From Desulfobacterales bacterium (GTDB lineage Bacteria; Desulfobacterota; Desulfobacteria; Desulfobacterales; UBA11574): DNA of 44,271 bases. Positions 9,348 to 17,116 of the stretch are shown here, piece by piece. The notes under the pieces are model-generated. The model saw only the letters and a list, made by a program, of their open reading frames with translations, was not told the origin of the DNA and did no database searches. The stretch's first letter is position 1; every line of letters begins with the position of its first letter. The translations under genes and the position numbers were made by a program. The stretch spans positions 1 through 44,271 of the forward strand of contig JBAUWG010000584.1 of the NCBI GenBank assembly GCA_049583675.1. Reading direction: 5' to 3'.

Positions 9348-10268
9348 ATGCGTATCATACTGGTCGGCCAGGCGGCATTCGGCGCAAAGGTTTTGGAAAG
9401 GCTGCTGGAGCGAAATGAAAACATCGTAGGGGTTTATACGCCGCCGGATGGACCGGGAGGACGGCCTGATCCCCTCAAGGATGCGGCGATCGCCAGGAAC
9501 ATCGATGTTTTTCAGCCCCAAACGTATAAAGATGACGCGGTTTTTGCCGAATACAAGAAGTTGAATCCCGATCTCACCGTCATGGCGTTTGTTACGACGA
9601 TTACACCGACGCGTTTTTTTGACGTTCCCTCTTACGGCACCATCTGTTATCATCCGTCTCTCTTGCCGCGTCATCGCGGCGCCAGCGGCATTAACTGGGC
9701 CGTGATTATGGGGGACAGCAAAACCGGATTAAGCATCTTCTGGCCGGACGAGGGTATCGATACCGGCCCAATACTTCTTCAAAAAGAGATCGCCATCGGA
9801 CCGGATGACACCACCGGTTCCCTCTATTTCAACCATCTCTTTCCCATGGGGGTTGATGCGGTTTTAGAGTCCATTGATCTGATAAAGGCGGGCAATGCTC
9901 CCAAAATCGTTCAGGACGAAGCCGGGGCTACCTATGAACCGCCTTGCGATGACCGGGTGGCGGACATCAATTGGAAAAAACCGGCAAATGAGCTTTACAA
10001 CCTGATTCGCGGGTGTGACCCTCAACCCGGTGCTTTTGCAGTGTTGAAAGGGGAAAAAATTCGGTTTTACAATGCGAAACGCGTCGAAAAAATTGCGGAT
10101 GAAGCCCCGGGAACCATACTGGATATTACGGATAAAGGGATTCACATGGCGTTATCCGGGGGACAGCTGATGGTGGGAAAGATAAGACCCGCAAAAGGCC
10201 CAAAAGCAGCAGCAGCTGAATTCGCTGCCGAGAGGGGATTAAAAGCCGGAGACAGGTTTGACACATAA
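9348..10268 (+). CDS. Formyltransferase-fold protein (Fmt-like; resembles the N-terminal hydrolase domain of 10-formyl-THF dehydrogenase)
   Basis: 306 aa with RBS AAGGAGG at about 9334-9340. Motifs: MRIILVGQAAFG, YHPSLLPRHRGASGINWAVIMGDSKTGLSIFWPDEGIDTGPILLQKE (catalytic His and Asp of the formyltransferase fold), and an Fmt-type C-terminal domain. No def gene is adjacent. Confidence 0.75.
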   Translation: MRIILVGQAAFGAKVLERLLERNENIVGVYTPPDGPGGRPDPLKDAAIARNIDVFQPQTYKDDAVFAEYKKLNPDLTVMAFVTTITPTRFFDVPSYGTICYHPSLLPRHRGASGINWAVIMGDSKTGLSIFWPDEGIDTGPILLQKEIAIGPDDTTGSLYFNHLFPMGVDAVLESIDLIKAGNAPKIVQDEAGATYEPPCDDRVADINWKKPANELYNLIRGCDPQPGAFAVLKGEKIRFYNAKRVEKIADEAPGTILDITDKGIHMALSGGQLMVGKIRPAKGPKAAAAEFAAERGLKAGDRFDT

Positions 10269-10301
10269 AAGGCAGAAATAGAAAAGAGAAAATAGGAAGG
10301 G

Positions 10302-10323
10302 AAAAAGAGGTTTACCCTCTTTT
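10302..10323 (+). terminator. Rho-independent terminator after the formyltransferase-like gene
   Basis: AAAAAGAGG (10302-10310), loop TTTA, CCTCTTTTT (10315-10323). This is a 9-bp stem running into a T tract. Confidence 0.6.
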
Positions 10324-10343
10324 TGTGGTGTGGAACCCAATGA

Positions 10344-10382
10344 AAAGGCCTTTGAAAAACGGTGAATTTTTCAAAGGCCTTT
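10344..10382. terminator. Bidirectional terminator hairpin between convergent genes (fmt-like and fdhA)
   Basis: AAAGGCCTTTGAAAAA (10344-10359), loop CGGTGAA, TTTTTCAAAGGCCTTT (10367-10382). This is a perfect 16-bp stem. It is flanked by an A-run and ATTTTTTA, so it has a U-tract on both strands. Confidence 0.8.
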
Positions 10383-10408
10383 ATTTTTTAATGGGCTGCT
10401 TGCTGAAA

Positions 10409-12445
10409 TCAAGCGGCTTTTTCGATTTTTGCCGCACAGACTTTAAACTCCGGAATTTTGGCAATCGGATCAAAGGCGGAATTGGTCAGTATGTTGGCCG
10501 GACTTTCTGCAAAATGAAACGGAACGAAAAGCACGCCGGGCTTGACCTTTTTGCCGACTTGGGCAACAGCTTCCATCTCTCCCCTGCGGGTGGCAAGATG
10601 CACCCTGTCACCGTCATTAACGCCCAACGTTTTTGCGTCTTTTAGGTTGATTTCTACGTATCCGGTTTTCTGCTCGGTGTGCAAATGCGGGGAGACGCGC
10701 GTCATGGTGCCGGTATGGAAATGAGCGAACATCCTGCCGGTGGTGAGCCAATAGGGGTATTCGTCATCCGGCATCTCCGCAGGATCAAGATATTCAATGG
10801 CATGGAATAGGCCCTTTCCGCGGGTGAATTGATCTTTATGTAAAAACGGCGTACCCGGATGCTCGGCGTTCGGGCAGGGCCATTGAAGTCCGTCAAGACC
10901 TATCCTTTCATACGTCATTCCGCCGTAACTCGGTGTCAAAGCGGCCATTTCGTTAAAGATTTTTTCAGGACTCTCATAATTCATTTCATAGCCCATAGCT
11001 TTAGATAATCTGGAAATGATTTCCCAATCGTTAAGCGTATTTTCGATGGGATCAATGGCTTTATTCACCTTCATACAGCGTCGTTCGGTATTGGTAAATG
11101 TCCCTTCCTTTTCGGCCACCGAAACCCCGGCAAATACCACATCCGCCTTCTGTGCGGTTTCAGTGATATAAATATCCTGACACACCAGGAACTCAAGATT
11201 TGCAAGGGCCTTGTCGAGATGGTTCTGGTCTGGATCGCTTACTTTCGGATTCTCACCGATGACATAAAGGGCCTTTAATTTACCATCAATCATGGCTTGA
11301 ATCATATCGGTGACGGTATAACCAATCTTGTTCGAAAGCGGTTTTCCCCATGCTTTGGAAAATTTTTCAGTGTTGGCCTCAACGGTCACCGGCTGATAGG
11401 CAGGAAACACATTGGGCAAGCCGCCCATGTCGCAGGCGCCCTGAACATTGTTTTGGCCTCTCAAGGGATTCACACCGCCGCTTTTGACGCCCACATTTCC
11501 GCAAAGCATAGCGATATTGCAGCAGGATTTTACATTGTCCACGCCTGTGGTGTGCTGGGTAATCCCCATGGCATAGAGTAATGCTGCCGGGGAATTAGTG
11601 GCATAAAGCTCGGCCATTTTTTCAAGATCACTTTGCGCCACACCCGTGATGGTTTCAACCTTATCCGGTGTATACGACTCGACCACCGCCTTAAAATCAT
11701 CAAACCCCTCGGTTCTATTTTCAATGTAAGTTTTGTCGTGCCAGCCGTTCTTGAGAATAATATGCATCATGCCGTTAAGCAACGCCACATCACTCCCAAG
11801 TCTATGATGGACGACAACATCCGCAAAACGGGCCATCTGGATATCTCTGGGATCGGCCACAATGAGTTTGGCGCCTTTTTCCTTGGCCCTGAAGACACGC
11901 CGGGCAATGAGCGGATGGCACGCGGATGTGTTCGAACCGATGATAAAAATAGACGCTGAATCTTCAAATTCGGCAATGGAATTGGTCATGGCCCCACTTC
12001 CAAATGCAGCGGCAAGACCTGCCACCGTGGAGGAATGTCAGAGCCGGGCGCAGTGGTCCACATTGTTGGTCCCGATCACTGCTCTGGCAAATTTTTGGGC
12101 CAGGTAATTCTCTTCATTGGTGATTTTTGCGGAAGCCAGCACACCGACACTATCCGGCCCATGGTCATTAATGATGCTCTTGAATTTGTCGGCCGTCACT
12201 TGTATGGCCTCGTCCCATGTCACTTCCTGCAATTCTCCGTTCTTTTTTATCAAAGGTGATTTAAGACGCTTCTCGCTGACGACATGTTCATGAAGGTTCC
12301 ATCCCTTAATGCAGAGTCTTCCCTGGTTCACCGGATGGGTTTTCATGGGCATGGTATCAATAAGCCGGCCGTCCAGCACTTGAAAAAGGACACCGCAACC
12401 GGTGCCGCAATATGAACATGTTGAAGGAATGATTTTAAAATCCAT
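10409..12445 (-). CDS. fdhA: Formate dehydrogenase catalytic subunit, selenocysteine-containing, cytoplasmic (FdhF-like; Mo/W-bis-MGD)
   Basis: Track ORFs 12038..12445 and 10409..12025 are one gene. Reading the minus strand gives ...NNVDHCARL-TGA(12040-12038)-HSSTVAGLAAAFGSGAMTNS, the canonical FdhA Sec site. The N-terminal CSYCGTGCG...C motif binds a 4Fe-4S cluster. There is no twin-arginine signal. Total length is about 678 codons. Confidence 0.95.
12007..12027 (-). promoter_or_regulatory. SECIS-like hairpin for the fdhA UGA
   Basis: The minus-strand RNA is CGGUGGCA-GGUCU-UGCCGCUG. It forms an 8-bp stem (2 G.U pairs) with apical loop GGUCU, starting 10 nt after the UGA. The core GCAGGUCUUGC resembles the E. 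coli fdhF SECIS apex GCAGGUCUGC. Confidence 0.75.
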
Positions 12446-12543
12446 TCGTATCGCTCCTTATCGCGTTGAAAATTTTGGATTGGATATTGACGCCTTTTTA
12501 TGCCACGGCAAAAAAGGACCTCACCGCTTCAATCGTTGAGTCT

Positions 12544-13341
12544 TTAAATGGGTTTGGGTTTTAGTGTAACCTCTTCTCCCAGCATGTTAAACGGTGATTG
12601 GTCTGAACGGGTTCCGGTGGTGTAATCGAATACATCGGTTACGATTTCATTGACTTTTCGATAGAGCAGCCGCAAAGGAATATCAACCGGGCAGGCATCT
12701 TCGCACAGACCGCAATCAATACACCGGCCCCCCATATGAACCGCCCGAACCAGATGAAAAATCGGAACTTCCGGCGGAATACCGCCGGTGGCGATCAGGT
12801 CGGTGTGTTCAAGACTGCATTCCTTGCAAAAGCATACCGGACAAATATCGCGGCAGCCGTAACATTTGATGCATTTTTGAAGTTCATACATCCACCGGTT
12901 GAATCTTTCTTTCTGGTTGAATTCCTCTGCTGCTTTAACTTGCATGTTGTTGTCGATGCCGATCATCTTTTTAATTGGCGGGGCAAGCTCCGGCTCCAAA
13001 TAGGAACAATCGCCGTGTTCCTTGAGGGTGGACGGGCAGCAGTTAACTCCGATGGTTTTAATGTTTTCCGGGTTCAACTGGTTCCAGATATAAAGAACAT
13101 TCAAGGCCCGTTGATTGCAATCCCTTGTTAAAATTCCTATTTTCACTTCCTTATGTTCCGCGGCGATTTTTGTGGCCATTTTTTCAAGGGGATACCTAGC
13201 CTTTCCGACAATCAAATCATTAAGGTCATCCGGATTCTTTTTGGTGAAGCAATAGGGCAGCGGGTGCCCCTGAATCATTTTATATCCTAAAAATATGTCG
13301 ATGTGACCTTGTTCAAGCCACTGTTTGATTTGTTCCTGCAT
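12544..13341 (-). CDS. 4Fe-4S dicluster electron-transfer protein (AsrA / sulfhydrogenase-beta HydB-like)
   Basis: 265 aa. Motifs are CIKCYGCRDICPVCFCKEC (the CPxCxC signature of the AsrA/HydB-beta family) and CIDCGLCEDACPVDIP. The start codon lies 2 nt after the mvhD stop. Confidence 0.65.
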   Translation of the reverse strand: MQEQIKQWLEQGHIDIFLGYKMIQGHPLPYCFTKKNPDDLNDLIVGKARYPLEKMATKIAAEHKEVKIGILTRDCNQRALNVLYIWNQLNPENIKTIGVNCCPSTLKEHGDCSYLEPELAPPIKKMIGIDNNMQVKAAEEFNQKERFNRWMYELQKCIKCYGCRDICPVCFCKECSLEHTDLIATGGIPPEVPIFHLVRAVHMGGRCIDCGLCEDACPVDIPLRLLYRKVNEIVTDVFDYTTGTRSDQSPFNMLGEEVTLKPKPI

Positions 13342-13342
13342 A

Positions 13343-13825
13343 TCATCCTCCCTCTATGCTCGCAGTATCTTGCGCTGCTTCGCTTAAACTCATTACGGCG
13401 GACATGTCAAATTCGCCGGACAGAGGGCTGGGGCCTAATGATTTTATTTTATTTGTAAAATGGGTGACAACCTGCACAAATTTTTGGGCTTCTGCCGAAG
13501 ATATCCAGTCCAAATGCAGCCGGCCTTCCAATCCCATAAAGGCCAATAGTTCCTGCAGAAAGGTCATCCGTTTGATCGTCATGTAATTACCATACAGGTA
13601 ATGGCAGTCGCCGACATGTCACCCGCCCACCAGGACTCCGTCGGCACCGCTTTGAAAGGCTCTTAAAATGTGATGCGGCGACACCGTGGCGGAACACATG
13701 ACCCGAATAGGACGAATATTGGGCGGGTATGCCAGTCGACTGACACCCGCCAGGTCCGCCGCGCCGTAGGCACACCAGTTACACATAAATGCGATGATTT
13801 TCGGCTCGAATTTATCCTCGTTCAC
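13343..13825 (-). CDS. mvhD: MvhD/FlpD-type (methyl-viologen-reducing hydrogenase delta subunit-like) protein, selenocysteine-containing
   Basis: Track ORFs 13619..13825 and 13343..13582 join in frame through TGA 13621-13619. The joined sequence reads ...[19 protein letters not shown]...[58 protein letters not shown]... It matches the MvhD GCHxGDCHY core with Sec in place of the first Cys. Total length is 160 codons. Confidence 0.85.
13586..13602 (-). promoter_or_regulatory. SECIS-like hairpin for the mvhD UGA
   Basis: The minus-strand RNA is AUUACC-UGUAU-GGUAAU, a perfect 6-bp stem starting 16 nt after the UGA. It is short and AU-rich, so weaker than the other two. Confidence 0.45.
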
Positions 13826-13846
13826 ACTTTTCTCCTTTCCAACGGA

Positions 13847-16800
13847 TCAGGCGCTCAATGCGCTCTTGATCTGGGCGTAAAGTTGATTGTTGTTAAAGCC
13901 CATGAGTATGGGCGCCTCCGATGGGCATACCGCCGCGCAGGCACCGCACCCTTTGCACAGGGCCGCATTGACCTTGGCCACATATTCTTGACGGTCGAAA
14001 GTGATGGCGCCATAGGGGCAGACATTGATGCATCCCAGACAGCCCGAACACAATTCAGCCCGAATATCCGTGACAATGCCGCCCACCTTAATGCTCTCCA
14101 AGGACAGAACAGTTGCCGCTCTTGCCGCCGCCGCCTGGGCCTGGGCAATGCTTTCTTCGATGGGCTTGGGATAATGGGCCATGCCGCACAAAAAAATACC
14201 GTCATTGGCAAAATCTACCGGCCTCAATTTTTGATGGGCTTCCAAAAGCCATCCATCCGAATCCAGAGGGACTTTGAAGAGCTGGGCCAGCGATTGATCC
14301 CAATGGGAGACAATGGCGGAGGCCAAACATAAAATATCAGCTTTAACGGCCAATTTTCGGTTGAGTATCCGGTCCGTAAATTCAACGATAACCTGATCGC
14401 CGTTGGCCGTTACCTCGGGTTTTTGATCGACGGAGTACGAAAAAAAGAGCACCCCGGCCGCTCTTGCCTCGCGATATAAATCTTCTTTTTTACCGTATGT
14501 CCGAATATCCCTGTAGAGAATCGCAACATTTATATTTGGATTTCTTTTTTTAAAGTCAATAGCACTTTTGACGGAATGCGTACAGCAAACTTTGGAACAG
14601 TAAGGCCGCTCTTTATCTCTGGATCCCACACACTGAATAAACACTACATTTTCGCTCCGGTCAAGTCTCGGGTCGTTTTTTTTGAAAAGTTCGTCGAGTT
14701 CCAGCAGGGTCAACACAGCATGGTGTTTCCCATAAAGGTATTCGTCGGGTTTATATTCTTTGGCACCGGTGGCGATCACCGCCACGCCATGCTCGATGGT
14801 TTGTGTTGCGTTTTGGCTGTGAAGATCGGTTTTGAAGTTACCGACAAAGCCATCCACATTGCTGATGCTGGTTTCGGTATGAACGGTAATACGATCTTCG
14901 GATTTAACGGTATGAATCAGTGTTTCAACAAAAGCCCCTACATCTTCGTTTTGGGGGGTCTTGTTCAGCATTAAAGCATTTCCGCCCAAAGCGCCGGATT
15001 TCTCCACAAGATCCACCGGATATCCCTGATGTGCCAGCGAAACCGCGGCCGTCATTCCGGCAATTCCTCCGCCGATCACCAACGCGGAATGGGATACCGG
15101 GAGATCGGTCTGCTTCAGGGGCGCTAAAAGGTTGGTTTTCGCAACCGCCATTCGAATGAGGTCCTTGGCTTTTTCAGTGGCGGCGTCCGGATCGTTTGCA
15201 TGGACCCAGGAGTCATGATTCCGAATATTGGCCATTTCAAAGAGATACTTGTTGAGACCCGCGTTAATCAGGGTTTCCTGGAATAGCGGTTCATGGGTTT
15301 TGGGAGTGCAGGCGGCCACAACCACGCGGTTGAGCCCCTGTTGATTGATAATATCGGATATTTTATCCTGGGTATCCTGGCTGCAGCTGAAAAGATTTTC
15401 TTCGACATACACCACATTAGGCAAGGTTTTGGCGTACTTTACCACCTCCGGCACTTTGACCACGCCGCCGATGTTGATCCCGCAGTTGCATACGAACACG
15501 CCGATTTTAGGCGGTTCTTCGCAGACATCTCTTTCAGGGGGGAGTTCAAGGATTTTGGTCCGGGTATTGCGCGCCGATGCCAAGTGTTCTGTTGCCGCAC
15601 AGGCCGAGGCGCTGGCTTCCATCACCGACTGGGGAATATCTTTCGGGCCGGTGAACACACCGCAAGCATAGATGCCTTCCACAGAAGTCCCTACGGGATG
15701 GAAACTATCGGTTTTTGTAAAGCGGTATTCATCGAGATCGATGCCGATACGTTTGGAAAGATCTGCAATATCCTGATTGATTTCAAGGCCTACGGACAGA
15801 ACGAACATATCGAAAATTTCGTCTCTGATGGTTCCGTCCTCCTCGATGTATCGAACCGACACATCATCGGTTCCCGGAACCGGGGCAATGGTGTGAATTC
15901 GTGATCGGACGAATTTGACCCCTTGCCTCCTGGCATTCTCATAATATTTATCAAAATCTTTGCCGTGGGTTCGCATATCCATGTAAAAAACCGCGCAGTC
16001 GAGAGGGTTCTTACTGTGTTCCGTTGCGATGACGGTCTGTTTAATGGCATACATACAGCACACCGATGAACAGTAGGCATTATCACAACGGTTGAGGTCC
16101 CTGGAACCGACACATTGCAACCAACCGATTTTTTGAGGTTCCTTGTGATCGGATGGTCTGACCAAATGACCTGAAAAGGGTCCGGTGGCGGAGAGAATCC
16201 GTTCAAATTCCAAAGAGGTAACCACATTGGGCAGATGGGTATAGGCATAGGTGTCAAACCGGCTGGGGTCAAAGGCGTCAAATCCGGGGGCCAGGACAAT
16301 GGATCCAACGTCAAGCTCGACAATTTCATCTTTCTGTGAATGATCGATGGCGCCGACCGGACAAAAATCGGCGCATATCTTGCATTCGCCGGTCTTGAAA
16401 TGAACGCATTTGCTCCGGTCGATGGCGGGCGTATTGGGAACGGCTTGGGCATACGGCACATAGATCGGTTTCCGGCCTTTAAGACCGGCATCATATTCCG
16501 AGGGAATCTTTTTAACCGTGTAAGTGGTAATGTTATCTTTGATCTTATCCAGGGTAATGTGCCCTGTGGGGCAAACAGTAGCACAGGCGCCGCAAGCCAT
16601 ACAGACATCCGTCTGAATGTGAAAGGGGGTGTCCACTTTCATCTCCACCCCTCGGCCGGTGAGGCTGATGGCGCTGTTGCCCATTCTTTGACAGATTCTT
16701 GTACAGAGGCCGCAAAGGATGCAGGTGTCACCTTTAATCTTAAAGCGTGGTTTTTCGATACCGTATTTTGCCGCAAGCGCCTTTATGACAGGGATTTCCG

Positions 16801-17089
16801 GACAGCGGGCCAGCAACAACTCAACATTTAGTTTTCGACCTTCGTGTACTGTTTCCGTGTTGGTTTTGACTTCCATGCCTTCCCAGATGGGATAGTTGCA
16901 TGCGGTGACAAACCGAGTCCGGCGACCGTCAAAAAGCTCCACGGTGCAAAGTCGGCACATTCCGGCGGGCTCGAGTGCTTTATGATGACACAGCGTTGGA
17001 ATTTCAACCCCATATTTTTCAGCAACTTGAAGGATATACTGCCCTTCTTCTCCCTGAACTTTTTGTCCGTTGAGCTTAAACGTAATCAT
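13847..17089 (-). CDS. Multidomain FeS flavoprotein: HydA/NuoG-type N-terminus fused to a truncated HdrA unit and a second HdrA-like FAD unit
   Basis: 1080 aa.
- Residues 1-about 95: 2Fe-2S domain (MITFKLNGQKV...PTLCHH...GMCRLCTVEL).
- Two 4Fe-4S motifs (CILCGLCTRIC, CMACGACATVCPTGHI).
- HdrA inserted-ferredoxin second half and thioredoxin-reductase-fold core (RKPIYVPYAQAVP, CVHFKTGECKICADFCPVGAI, VGSIVLAPGF, LEFERILSATGPFSGH, WLQCVGSRD..YCSSVCCMYAIK, MDMRTHGKDF, YACGVFTGPKDIPQS).
- A Cys-rich domain (IGVFVCNCGINIGG...VVVAACTPKTHEPLF).
- A second complete FAD unit (ALVIGGGIAGMTAAVSLA...FIQCVGSRDKERPYCSKVCCTHSVK...GIFLCGMAHYPKPIEES).
- A C-terminal 2x4Fe-4S domain (CSGCLGCINVCP, CKGCGACAAVCP). 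Confidence 0.85.
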   Translation of the reverse strand: MITFKLNGQKVQGEEGQYILQVAEKYGVEIPTLCHHKALEPAGMCRLCTVELFDGRRTRFVTACNYPIWEGMEVKTNTETVHEGRKLNVELLLARCPEIPVIKALAAKYGIEKPRFKIKGDTCILCGLCTRICQRMGNSAISLTGRGVEMKVDTPFHIQTDVCMACGACATVCPTGHITLDKIKDNITTYTVKKIPSEYDAGLKGRKPIYVPYAQAVPNTPAIDRSKCVHFKTGECKICADFCPVGAIDHSQKDEIVELDVGSIVLAPGFDAFDPSRFDTYAYTHLPNVVTSLEFERILSATGPFSGHLVRPSDHKEPQKIGWLQCVGSRDLNRCDNAYCSSVCCMYAIKQTVIATEHSKNPLDCAVFYMDMRTHGKDFDKYYENARRQGVKFVRSRIHTIAPVPGTDDVSVRYIEEDGTIRDEIFDMFVLSVGLEINQDIADLSKRIGIDLDEYRFTKTDSFHPVGTSVEGIYACGVFTGPKDIPQSVMEASASACAATEHLASARNTRTKILELPPERDVCEEPPKIGVFVCNCGINIGGVVKVPEVVKYAKTLPNVVYVEENLFSCSQDTQDKISDIINQQGLNRVVVAACTPKTHEPLFQETLINAGLNKYLFEMANIRNHDSWVHANDPDAATEKAKDLIRMAVAKTNLLAPLKQTDLPVSHSALVIGGGIAGMTAAVSLAHQGYPVDLVEKSGALGGNALMLNKTPQNEDVGAFVETLIHTVKSEDRITVHTETSISNVDGFVGNFKTDLHSQNATQTIEHGVAVIATGAKEYKPDEYLYGKHHAVLTLLELDELFKKNDPRLDRSENVVFIQCVGSRDKERPYCSKVCCTHSVKSAIDFKKRNPNINVAILYRDIRTYGKKEDLYREARAAGVLFFSYSVDQKPEVTANGDQVIVEFTDRILNRKLAVKADILCLASAIVSHWDQSLAQLFKVPLDSDGWLLEAHQKLRPVDFANDGIFLCGMAHYPKPIEESIAQAQAAAARAATVLSLESIKVGGIVTDIRAELCSGCLGCINVCPYGAITFDRQEYVAKVNAALCKGCGACAAVCPSEAPILMGFNNNQLYAQIKSALSA

Positions 17090-17116
17090 GAATCTTAACC
17101 TTGTTGGTTCCGTGGA

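Noticed and set aside
9097-9418. The 83-aa ORF 9167..9418, and the idea of a folate-related riboswitch (THF or ZTP) in the 250-nt leader of the formyltransferase-like gene.
   Set aside because: The ORF runs out of frame into the real gene, which has a strong RBS and ATG at 9348. I could not find the conserved cores of the THF or ZTP riboswitches by eye. A covariance-model scan (Rfam) would be needed to exclude a structured leader.
13587-16831. Multiple track ORFs on both strands inside mvhD and the 1080-aa gene, for example 13587..13775, 13670..14332, 15293..15904, 15790..16608 and 16340..16831.
   Set aside because: They are alternative-frame or antisense shadows of long genes with strong domain content. 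Their translations are Arg/Gly/Pro-rich and carry no motifs.
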